Positions 31,234 to 39,825 of a stretch of DNA of 64,000 nucleotides are shown piece after piece (position 1 is the stretch's first letter; every line of letters starts with the position of its first letter). The DNA is taken from positions 4,708 to 68,707 of the forward strand of contig JAPLOF010000028.1 in the NCBI GenBank assembly GCA_026692665.1, in the 5' to 3' direction. The DNA is from Planctomycetota bacterium (lineage in GTDB: Bacteria > Planctomycetota > UBA1135 > GCA-002686595). Both the position numbers and the translations under genes were made by a program. The notes under the pieces are model-generated. The model saw nothing but the letters and a program-made list of their open reading frames with translations. It was not told the origin of the DNA and did no database searches.

Positions 31234-31977
31234 GTGGCGCCGCGGCCCCGACTCGCGAGCGCGCTGTTCCAGAGCCTCGATTGGCGCGCGGCGCTGCGCC
31301 AGCCGCGGACGTGGGGGATCCTCTCGCGGCACATGATCCCGGTGGCGGGCGTGCTGTTCCTCGGCTGGTCGGGGATCCAGGCGATCAGCCTGGTCGCGCT
31401 CGACACGCTGGCCGGCGTGTGGTGCGTCGTCGCGGTGGCTTCGGTGCTCGTCGCGCGCGAGCAGTGGTACGCGGAGCGGAAGGACCTCTACAGCGCCGTG
31501 GTCGGCGGAGTGTTCGTCTTCGCGCTCGTGGCGGGCCTCATGACCTTCATGGTCGGGGTGGTCACGTTCGTCCTGGGCGGGAACATCCTCGCGAACGCCG
31601 ATCTCGAGCCGCGCGAGCTGCTCCAGGACGGCTGGATCTTCTGGGCGTTCGGCGGGCTCCTCGCGATGCAGGTCCCGCACTTCCTGACCTTGTCGGCGGG
31701 GATCACGGAGAAGACGGCGAAGAGCGTCCTCGAGCCGCGGATCGGCTACCTGCTGCGGCGCCTGATCCTGGCCGGGATGGCGTGCAGTCTCCTGGCGTTC
31801 CTGTGGGGGAAGTTCGCGCTGGTCGGAGCGCTCCTCATGACCCAACTCGTCCTGGCGGCGCACGAGGTGTTCGGCGACAAGCTGCACGCGACGCTGTTCC
31901 CCGAGGTCGCGCCGGCGACCCCGACGCCCGCCGTGGCTCCACCGAAGAGCCGGCGTCGGCGCGGCCGGCGCGGGTGA
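31234..31977 (+). CDS. hypothetical polytopic membrane protein
   Basis: 247 aa with about 6 hydrophobic helices and a basic tail (KSRRRRGRRG). It lies between coaC and coaB with 6-nt and 68-nt spacers. No family recognised with confidence. Confidence 0.55.
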   Translation: MAPRPRLASALFQSLDWRAALRQPRTWGILSRHMIPVAGVLFLGWSGIQAISLVALDTLAGVWCVVAVASVLVAREQWYAERKDLYSAVVGGVFVFALVAGLMTFMVGVVTFVLGGNILANADLEPRELLQDGWIFWAFGGLLAMQVPHFLTLSAGITEKTAKSVLEPRIGYLLRRLILAGMACSLLAFLWGKFALVGALLMTQLVLAAHEVFGDKLHATLFPEVAPATPTPAVAPPKSRRRRGRRG

Positions 31978-32045
31978 GCGGCGCGCAGGGCCGCTGGTAC
32001 GGCACGCCACCGGGAACTGGACGTTCGAATCGTTAGGATCGACCC

Positions 32046-32717
32046 GTGCCGAATCGAAACCCCGAGCGTATGCGCGTCCTCGTCACCGCCGGCCCCACGC
32101 GGGAGCGCATCGACCCAGTGCGCTTCCTGACGAACGATTCCAGCGGGCGCATGGGCTTCGCCATCGCGGAGGCGGCCGCTCGCGCGGGGCACGACGTCGT
32201 GCTCGTCGCGGGGCCTGTGTCTCTCGAGACGCCCAAGGGCGTGCGGCGCGTCGACGTCGAGAGCGCACGGGAGATGCTCGCGGCCTGCAAGAAGGAGTGG
32301 CGGGCGACGAACGCGCTGTACATGGCGGCCGCAGTCGCCGACTGGCGTCCGGCGAATCAGCTCGCGGGCAAGTGGCGCGCGAAGGACGGCGGCGCGCAGA
32401 CTGCGCGGATCGAGCTCGTGCGCAACCCGGACGTGCTCGCGACGCTGACCGGCGGGAAGCGCGACCCGGATCGCATCGTGGTCGCGTTCGCGCTCGAGAC
32501 GGGTGACGGCGAGCGTCGCGCGCGCGCCAAGCTGGCCAAGAAAGGCGCGGACTGGATCGTCCTCAACGGACCCGGCGCCCTGAACGCCGAGACGACACGG
32601 CTCGTCGTGCTCGGCGCGAACGGGCTCTCGATCACGATCCCCGAGCGCACGAAGAAGGCCGCCGCGCGCGACCTCGTGGCGCTCCTGCGTCACGCTCCTG
32701 CAGTGGAGCAGCCGTAG
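32046..32717 (+). CDS. coaB: phosphopantothenate--cysteine ligase (stand-alone CoaB)
   Basis: Motifs are [38 protein letters not shown] and KKGADWIV. 223 aa. Confidence 0.88.
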   Translation: MPNRNPERMRVLVTAGPTRERIDPVRFLTNDSSGRMGFAIAEAAARAGHDVVLVAGPVSLETPKGVRRVDVESAREMLAACKKEWRATNALYMAAAVADWRPANQLAGKWRAKDGGAQTARIELVRNPDVLATLTGGKRDPDRIVVAFALETGDGERRARAKLAKKGADWIVLNGPGALNAETTRLVVLGANGLSITIPERTKKAAARDLVALLRHAPAVEQP

Positions 32718-32763
32718 GTTCCTCGGAACGCCAGCTGCCGCGCCGCGACCGGAACTCCCCGGA

Positions 32764-35700
32764 TCACTCCGCCTTCGGGGCTTCGGCGTGCTCGCGCCCC
32801 GCGGCGAGTCCCGGTAACGCGCTCGCGTCCCAGCCTCCGCCGAGCGCGCGGACGAGCAGGACCGCGTTCACGAAGCGTCGGCCCTGGAGTTGCGCGTAGG
32901 CACGTTCGGCCGCGAGACGGGCACGGGCGCCGTCGACGACGTCGAGGAAGCTGACGAAGCCCGCGTTGAAGCGCGTGAGAGAGAGGTCGGCGACGCGTTT
33001 CGCGGCGACCGTCGCGCGTTCTTGGGCCACTGCCTGCTCGGACAGGAGCTTCGTCGCGGTCAGGGCGTCCTGCACCTCGCGGAACGCGACGAGGACCCGC
33101 TGGCGGTAGAGCTCGACGCCCTCGTCGTACGCCGCGCGCGCGCGCGCCTCGTCGGCTTCGAGACGTCCGCCCTGGAAGATCGGGATCGAGATCGAGGGTG
33201 CGAGGCTCCAGATGCGGCTGTCGATCTCGAACAGGTCGTCGATCTCGCCGCTCTGGAGGCCGGCGCTGCCCGTCAGGCGGATGCTCGGGAAGTAGGCCGC
33301 CTCGGCGACGCCGATCCGGGCGTTGCGCGCGGCGAGCTCGCGCTCGGCCTGCGCGACGTCGGGGCGTCGCTCGAGCAGCTCGCTGGGCAGGCCGGCCGGG
33401 ATCTCGGGCGGTTCCGCGGCGAGCCACGCGCCGACGTCGATGTCGAACGAGCTCGGGGGCTCGCCCGCCAGCACGGCCAGCGCATTGCGCAGGGCGGACC
33501 GTTGCCGCGAGACTTCGGACAGGTCGACCTCCGCGCTCGCGAGCTCCGTCTCGACGCGCGCGAGGTCGAGCTCGTTCGACGTTCCGGCCTCGACGCGCGA
33601 GCGGACGATGTCGAACGCGTTTCGCCGCACCTCGACCGACCGGTTCAGTACGGAGACTTCCGTCTCGAGCGCACGCAGGGAGAACCAGCTCGCGGCGACT
33701 TCGGCCTGGATCGAGAGGCGCAGCGATTCGTACGCGGCGGCCAGCGCGTCGGTCTCTCGCTCGCCAGCCTCGACGGCGCGACGCACGCGGCCCCACAGGT
33801 CGATCTCCCACGAGAGATCGATCGGCACGCGAATGTCCGAGATCGTCGCGGACGAGAAGGGGAGTCCCGCGTTGGGCGAGTACTCGGTGCGCGTCCACGT
33901 CGGGTTCGCTGTCACGCTCGGGTACAGCGCGGAGCGGACGGCCTTGGTCGAGGCGAGTGCTTGCTCGATGCGCGACAACGCGGCCTTCAGGTCGTGGTTC
34001 TCGGCGGCGACGCGCTCCTGGAGCGCGTCGAGACCCGGGTCGCCGAAGAGCTTCCACCATGCGCCGCGCGGGATCGCTTCCGGCGCCGGCTCGGAGCCGG
34101 TGGGCGCATCGCGCCAGGTGTTCGCGGAGGGGGTCTCCGGTCGGACGTAATCGGGGCCGACGGCCGCGCAGCCCGCGAGCAGGAGGATCGGCGCGAGGAG
34201 GAGCGCTGCCGCGTGTCCGCCGGCGGCCTTCAGGCCGTGGCCACCGGCTCCGTGATCGGGAGTCGGCTCGGCATCGTGCTTCGGTGCCTGCGCGCGCTTC
34301 CAGCCGATGCGCAGGAGCAGCGCGTAGAAGAGCGGCGTCAGGAACAGGCCGAAGTTCGTCACGCCGATCATCCCGGCGAACACGGCGACGCCCATGGCGC
34401 GGCGCATCTCGGAGCCCGCGCCCGTGCTGACGACGAGCGGGAAGACGCCCGCGATGAACGCGATGCTCGTCATGAGGATCGGGCGCAGGCGCAGCTTGGA
34501 CGCCTCCACCGCGGCGGAAGCCGGATCCAGGCCCTCGTCCTGCTTCACCTTGGCGAACTCGACGATCAGGATCGCGTTCTTCGCCGCCAGGCCGATCAGG
34601 ACGATCAGGCCGATCTGCGTGAACACGTTGTTGTCGCCGCCGGTGAAGTACACGCCGGCCATCGCCGAGAGCAGCGACATGGGGACGATCAGGAGGATCG
34701 CGAGCGGCATCCGGAAGCTCTCGTACTGCGCGGCCAGCACGAGGAACACGAGCAGGATGCACAGCGGGAACACGTAGATCGCCGAGTTGCCCGCCAGGAT
34801 CTTCTGGTAGGTGAGGTCGGTCCACTCGTACTTCATGCCCGGCGGGAGGTTCTCCTCGGCGAGCTTCGCCATCGCGGACTCGGCCTGGCCCGAGCTGTAT
34901 CCAGGGCCGGGCGCGCCCAGGATCTCGGCCGCGGGATAGCCGTTGTACCGGCTGGCGCGGTCGGGTCCGTACGACTCGCGGACCTCGACGAGTGTCCCGA
35001 GCGGGACCATCTGTCCGCGCTCGTTGCGCACCTTGAGGCGCGTGATGTCCGACGCCTCGTCGCGGAACTGCGCGTCGGCCTGCGCGACCACCTTGTAGGT
35101 CCGACCGAACCGGTTGAAGTCGTTGACGTAGACCGATCCGAGGTTCACCTGCATCGCGTCGAAGACGCTCTGCAGCGGGACGCCCTGCGTCTTGGCCTTC
35201 TCGCGGTCGACGTCGGCCTCGAGCTGCGGGACGTTGACCTGGAAGCTCGAGAGCCCGCCGGAGAGCTCGGGGTTCTGCGCCATCCGCCCGATGAGGCCCC
35301 AGGTCGCCGCGAAGAGCGCGTCGTGGCCGGCGTCCGCGCGATCCTCGACGAACAGCTTGAAGCCTCCCACGGTGCCCAGCCCGTTCACGGGCGGCGGGGG
35401 GAAGATCGCGACGTACGCGTCCTGGATCGCGGCGAACTTCTGGTTCAGGGCGCCCGCGATCGCGAGTCCGCCGAGCTCGGGCGTCTTCCGCTTCTCGAAC
35501 GGATCGAGCGTGACGAAGACGATCCCGGCATTCGCGCTGACCGTGAAACCGTTGATCGACAGGCCGGGAAACGCCACGCACGACTCGACGCCGGGATGGG
35601 CGAGCGCGATCTCCGACATCCGGCGGATCACGGCGTCCGAGCGGTCGAGCGAGGATGCGTCGGGAAGCTGCGCGAACGCCACGAGGTACTGCTTGTCCTG

Positions 35701-37422
35701 CGTCGGGACGAATCCCGTGGGGACGCGCTGGAAGACCCACCACGTCGCTCCGATCAGGCCGGCGTACACGACGAGCGCGACGATCGCGATGCGGATGACG
35801 CCGGCCACCGCGCGGCCGTACAGGGCCGAGCCGCGCTCGAAGATCCAGTTGAAGGGTCGGAAGATCCAGCCGAACAGGAAGTCGATCGCCTTCGTCACGA
35901 CGTCCTTCTTCGCGCCGTGCGGCTGGAGCAGGAGCGCGCTGAGCGCCGGCGAGAGCGTCAGCGAGTTGAACGCGCTGATGACCGTCGAGATCGCGATGGT
36001 GATCGCGAACTGCTTGTAGAACTGGCCGGTCAGCCCGCTGATGAACGCGGTCGGGATGAACACGGCCGACAGCACCAGCGCGGTCGCGATGATCGGCCCC
36101 GTGACCTCGGTCATGGCCTTCTTCGTGGCCTCGACCGGAGACAGGCCGTTCCGGATGTTCCGTTCGACGTTCTCGACGACGACGATCGCATCGTCGACGA
36201 CGATGCCGATCGCGAGCACGAGCCCGAAGAGGGACAGGGCGTTGATCCCGAAACCCAGCGCGTTCATGACCGCGAAGGTCCCGACCAGGGACACGGGCAC
36301 GGCCGCCAGGGGGATGAGGCTCGCCCGCCAGGTCTGGAGGAACAGGACGACGACGAGCACGACCAGCAGGATGGCCTCGATCAGCGTCACGACGACCGCG
36401 TCGATCGAGTGCTGCACGAACACCGTCGGGTCGTAGACGATGCGGTACTCGAGGCCGGCGGGGAAGTTCGACTTCAGGGCCTCCATCGCCGCGTGGACGT
36501 TGGCGGAGATCTCGATCGCGTTGCTGCCCGGCAGCTGGAAGATCGGGATGCCCACCGCCTGCTGGTTGTCGAGCAGCGAGCGCAGGGCGTAGTCGCCTGC
36601 TCCGAGCTCGATGCGCGCGACGTGCTTCAGCAGCACCTTCTCGCCGTTCGGGCCCTGCTTGACGACGATGTCGCCGAACTCCTCCTCGTCGACGAGGCGG
36701 CCTTTCGCGCTGAGCTGCAGCTCGAAGTCGACGGCGCCCGCCGTGGGTTGCTGTCCGATCGCGCCGGCGGCCACCTGCACGTTCTGCTCGCGGATCGCCG
36801 CCACGATGTCGCCGGCGGTCAGGCCGCGCGCCGCGACCTTCTCGGGGTCCAGCCACACGCGCATCGCGTAGTCGCCGCCGCCGAAGATCTCGACGGCGCC
36901 GACTCCGGGCAGGCGCGCCAGCACGTCCTTCACCTGCAGCGACGCGTAGTTGCGCAGGTAGATCTCGTCGTATCGCCCGTCGGGCGACAGGAGGTGCACG
37001 ACGAGGGTGAGGTCGGGCGACTGCTTGACCGTCGTCACGCCCAGGCGCCGCACGTCCTCGGGCAGCTTGGGCAGCGCCTGACTGACGCGGTTCTGCACCT
37101 GGACCTGGGCCTGGTCCACGTCGGTGCCGAGCTTGAAGGTGACCGTCAGCGTCATCACGCCGTCCGAGGTCGCCTGCGAGAACATGTAGATCGAGTTCTC
37201 GACCCCGTTGATCGCCTGCTCGAGCGGTGCGGCCACCGTCTCGGAGATCGTCTTCGGATTCGCGCCCGGGTAGGCGGCGCGGACGACCACGGTGGGCGGC
37301 GTGACCTCCGGATACTCGCTGATGGGCAGGCGGCCCATCGCGAGGAGGCCGAGCAGGAGGATCAGCAGGCTGAGGACGCCGGCGAAGATCGGGCGTCGGA
37401 TGAAGAAGTGCGAGAAGTTCAT
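32764..37422 (-). CDS. RND (HAE1) multidrug efflux permease fused in frame to a NodT-type outer-membrane factor lipoprotein
   Basis: One uninterrupted 1552-aa ORF. Residues 1 to ~1045 are AcrB-like (MNFSHFFIRRPIFAGVL.., 12 TM). Residues ~1064-1085 form a lipoprotein signal (LKAAGGHAAALLLAPILLLAGC, Cys codon at 34168-34170). The remainder is a NodT family OMF (CAAVGPDYVRPE...). There is no stop and no in-frame ATG/GTG/TTG at the junction. Confidence 0.8.
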   Translation of the reverse strand: MNFSHFFIRRPIFAGVLSLLILLLGLLAMGRLPISEYPEVTPPTVVVRAAYPGANPKTISETVAAPLEQAINGVENSIYMFSQATSDGVMTLTVTFKLGTDVDQAQVQVQNRVSQALPKLPEDVRRLGVTTVKQSPDLTLVVHLLSPDGRYDEIYLRNYASLQVKDVLARLPGVGAVEIFGGGDYAMRVWLDPEKVAARGLTAGDIVAAIREQNVQVAAGAIGQQPTAGAVDFELQLSAKGRLVDEEEFGDIVVKQGPNGEKVLLKHVARIELGAGDYALRSLLDNQQAVGIPIFQLPGSNAIEISANVHAAMEALKSNFPAGLEYRIVYDPTVFVQHSIDAVVVTLIEAILLVVLVVVLFLQTWRASLIPLAAVPVSLVGTFAVMNALGFGINALSLFGLVLAIGIVVDDAIVVVENVERNIRNGLSPVEATKKAMTEVTGPIIATALVLSAVFIPTAFISGLTGQFYKQFAITIAISTVISAFNSLTLSPALSALLLQPHGAKKDVVTKAIDFLFGWIFRPFNWIFERGSALYGRAVAGVIRIAIVALVVYAGLIGATWWVFQRVPTGFVPTQDKQYLVAFAQLPDASSLDRSDAVIRRMSEIALAHPGVESCVAFPGLSINGFTVSANAGIVFVTLDPFEKRKTPELGGLAIAGALNQKFAAIQDAYVAIFPPPPVNGLGTVGGFKLFVEDRADAGHDALFAATWGLIGRMAQNPELSGGLSSFQVNVPQLEADVDREKAKTQGVPLQSVFDAMQVNLGSVYVNDFNRFGRTYKVVAQADAQFRDEASDITRLKVRNERGQMVPLGTLVEVRESYGPDRASRYNGYPAAEILGAPGPGYSSGQAESAMAKLAEENLPPGMKYEWTDLTYQKILAGNSAIYVFPLCILLVFLVLAAQYESFRMPLAILLIVPMSLLSAMAGVYFTGGDNNVFTQIGLIVLIGLAAKNAILIVEFAKVKQDEGLDPASAAVEASKLRLRPILMTSIAFIAGVFPLVVSTGAGSEMRRAMGVAVFAGMIGVTNFGLFLTPLFYALLLRIGWKRAQAPKHDAEPTPDHGAGGHGLKAAGGHAAALLLAPILLLAGCAAVGPDYVRPETPSANTWRDAPTGSEPAPEAIPRGAWWKLFGDPGLDALQERVAAENHDLKAALSRIEQALASTKAVRSALYPSVTANPTWTRTEYSPNAGLPFSSATISDIRVPIDLSWEIDLWGRVRRAVEAGERETDALAAAYESLRLSIQAEVAASWFSLRALETEVSVLNRSVEVRRNAFDIVRSRVEAGTSNELDLARVETELASAEVDLSEVSRQRSALRNALAVLAGEPPSSFDIDVGAWLAAEPPEIPAGLPSELLERRPDVAQAERELAARNARIGVAEAAYFPSIRLTGSAGLQSGEIDDLFEIDSRIWSLAPSISIPIFQGGRLEADEARARAAYDEGVELYRQRVLVAFREVQDALTATKLLSEQAVAQERATVAAKRVADLSLTRFNAGFVSFLDVVDGARARLAAERAYAQLQGRRFVNAVLLVRALGGGWDASALPGLAAGREHAEAPKAE

Positions 37423-37444
37423 GAGCGTTGATCTCGAGCGCTTC

Positions 37445-38620
37445 TCAGCGGCCTTCGGGCTTCGGCTGCGCGTGTTCCGGCGTGACCGGAGTTCCGGGGC
37501 GGATGCGCTGGAGGCCGTTCACGACGATCTGTTCGCCGGCGCTCAACCCCGTGCGCACGATGCGCAACCCGTCCACGACGGGGCCCAGCGTGATCGCGCG
37601 GTACTGCGCGACGTTGTCGGCCCCCACGACGTACACGAACTTCTGCGACTGGTCCGTGCCGATCGCGCGTTGGTTCACGAGCACGGTCGGCTGCTTGGCC
37701 GTCGTGGGCATGCGCACGCGCGCGAACAGGCCCGGGAGGAGGATCCCGTCGTGGTTCGGCACCTGGACGCGCATCAGGATCGACCCGGTGCCCGTGTCGA
37801 GCCGGTTGCCCAGCGACTCGACGACGCCCGCGCGCGGGAATCCGTCCTCGTCGGCCAGCCCGACCTCGACCTGCACGCGGCCCTCCGCGTCGTGGGGGAG
37901 CTCGTTGGCCCGCATGAGCCTCTGGAGGTGCAGCAGCGAGTTCTCGTCGACGTCGACGTACACGAAGATCGGGTCGACCGACACGATCGTGGTGAGCAGC
38001 GTGTTCGCGCTGGGGATGCCGCTGACGAAGTTCCCGGGCGTCACGAGGGCGCGGCTCACGCGCCCGTCGACGGGCGCGACGATGCGCGTGTATTCGACGT
38101 CGAGCCGCGCCAGGTCGCGCGCCGCCTCGGCCGACAGGAGTGCCGCGCGCGCTTCCGCCTGCCGGGCCGTGCGGCCCTCCGCCTCCTCGATCGAGATCGC
38201 GCGGGCCTCGAGCAACTGGGCCGAGCGCGCCGCCTCGCGGTCGGCGGTGTCGAGCTTCACCCGCGCCTGGACGATCTGGGCCTCCGCCGCGGCGAGGTTG
38301 GCGCGGTAGTAGCGCGCGTCGATCGTGAAGAGCGGGTCACCGCGCTTCACGAGCTGGCCGCTCCGGAAATGCACCTCGTCGACGTGGCCGCTGACGCGCG
38401 GCCGGATCTCGACGTCGTCGACCGCCCCGAGGCGCCCGGTGAACTCGGTCGTCTCGGCGATCTCTCGTCCCTCCGCCGGGGCGATGGTGACGGCGGGCGG
38501 CGGGGCCTGCGGCGCCGAGGCCGGAGCCGCTTCCGAGCCGGACTTCCCGCGCTGGATCAGGAAGGCAGCCCCCGCGGCGACGGCGAGGACGATCAGGACG
38601 GTCAGAGTGCGGGACTTCAT
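37445..38620 (-). CDS. RND efflux periplasmic adaptor (membrane fusion protein)
   Basis: Signal anchor MKSRTLTVLIVLAVAAGAAFL, with the alpha-hairpin, lipoyl and beta-barrel pattern (IRPRVSGHVDEVHFRSGQLVKRGDPLFTID.., YTRIVAPVDGRVS). It lies 22 nt upstream of the RND gene. Confidence 0.9.
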   Translation of the reverse strand: MKSRTLTVLIVLAVAAGAAFLIQRGKSGSEAAPASAPQAPPPAVTIAPAEGREIAETTEFTGRLGAVDDVEIRPRVSGHVDEVHFRSGQLVKRGDPLFTIDARYYRANLAAAEAQIVQARVKLDTADREAARSAQLLEARAISIEEAEGRTARQAEARAALLSAEAARDLARLDVEYTRIVAPVDGRVSRALVTPGNFVSGIPSANTLLTTIVSVDPIFVYVDVDENSLLHLQRLMRANELPHDAEGRVQVEVGLADEDGFPRAGVVESLGNRLDTGTGSILMRVQVPNHDGILLPGLFARVRMPTTAKQPTVLVNQRAIGTDQSQKFVYVVGADNVAQYRAITLGPVVDGLRIVRTGLSAGEQIVVNGLQRIRPGTPVTPEHAQPKPEGR

Positions 38621-38701
38621 GGGGCAGAGGGGCTGGAACTGGGCTGCGAGTTGACTGGTCGTTCTAGTGATCGTGGAGGGCGAGTGTCCGATCCGCCGAG
38701 G

Positions 38702-39307
38702 TCAGACGCGCTGGGGCGCCGGAAGAGCCTCGAGCACCTGCTCGCGCAGGCCGCGCAGGACCTCGGGATCGTTCGCGACCTTGGCGTGGACCATCAGGCC
38801 GAGCGCGAGCGCGTGGAGCGCACGGGCCTTCGCCGCAGGGTTCGCGACGGTCAGGGATCCGTCCTTCTGGGCGTCGCGCAGAGTGCGCTCGATCTGGAAG
38901 AGCCCGCGCTCGAGCAGGTCCTCGACCTTGCGGCGCAGGCGCTCGTTCTGGGTCCCCATCTCGGACCCGATGGATGCGAAAGGGCAGCCTGGAACGTGTC
39001 CAGAGGCCTGAAACCGCGCTTTCTGTTCCTGGTAGATCGCGTCGCACCAGGCCTCGAGCCGCTCGAGCGGCGCCCGGTCGGGATGGAAGACGCGGTCGAG
39101 GATCGGCTGGAGATCGCGCTGCCAGTGCTCCTCGCAGGCCGCGACCGCCAACTCCTCCTTGGAAGGGAAGAAGTGGTAGAAGCTGCCCTTCTTCACCCCC
39201 GCGGCCGTGCAGATGTCGTCGACGCTCACGGATCCGTAGCTGCTCGTCCAGATCCGGTCGAGCGCGGCGGAGAGGAGCCTGTCGCGCGTGTCGGAGGGTC
39301 GTGTCAT
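38702..39307 (-). CDS. TetR/AcrR family transcriptional regulator
   Basis: ATG 39307 (MTRPSDTRDRLLSAALDRIWTSSYGSVSVDDICTAAGVKKGSFYHFFPSKEEL is the TetR HTH), 201 aa. It heads the efflux operon. Confidence 0.88.
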   Translation of the reverse strand: MTRPSDTRDRLLSAALDRIWTSSYGSVSVDDICTAAGVKKGSFYHFFPSKEELAVAACEEHWQRDLQPILDRVFHPDRAPLERLEAWCDAIYQEQKARFQASGHVPGCPFASIGSEMGTQNERLRRKVEDLLERGLFQIERTLRDAQKDGSLTVANPAAKARALHALALGLMVHAKVANDPEVLRGLREQVLEALPAPQRV

Positions 39308-39825
39308 GGGGTCCAGGAAGGGCTGGCTGCGTGCCGCACCGGGCACGTCGAGGGCCCGGGAGTCTATCCGAGTGGACCGATCGGTCAAGTCGCTTTCCAG
39401 GCGCGAACCGGGGATCCGGCGCGGGCGCGGAAAGGGTCCCGGCGGACGCGGGAACCGGGGGGGGGCCGCCCCGATCCCCAGGCTGCGGCGGGCGGATTCG
39501 AGCTCGGCTTGCTCGGCCGTCACCCGCGTCCGCCCTTTCGCCGCGCGCGACCGGATGCCAGCTCGGTTTTCGCCAGCCGGCCGTCACGCGCCGGTCTCCG
39601 CGCGGCGGCGGATCCGGACGCGCGCTCGCCGCCGCGCCCGCGGCATCGCCCTCCATCGCCTTGGATTCACCTGGGCGAATTGGTATTCCGCATTCGAAGC
39701 CGCGTCCGAGGGGGACGCTCCGCGTCGCGCCGATCCCGGCGGCGGAGCTCAGCGCGCGCACCGGGCCAAACGCCCGCGCGACGCTCCCCAGACGCTGCTC
39801 GAGGCCGAGGCATCGACGGGGGGGC

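Noticed and set aside
32890-37431. 1513-aa plus-strand ORF
   Set aside because: It is antisense to the RND-OMF gene. The composition is Arg/Asp/Glu/Gly-rich with no TM or domain signal, so it is a high-GC artefact.
38974-39825. N-terminal 284-codon extension of ftsK suggested by the ORF track
   Set aside because: It overlaps the TetR gene on the opposite strand and is Arg/Pro/Ser-rich. FtsK has a canonical N-terminus from ATG 39826.
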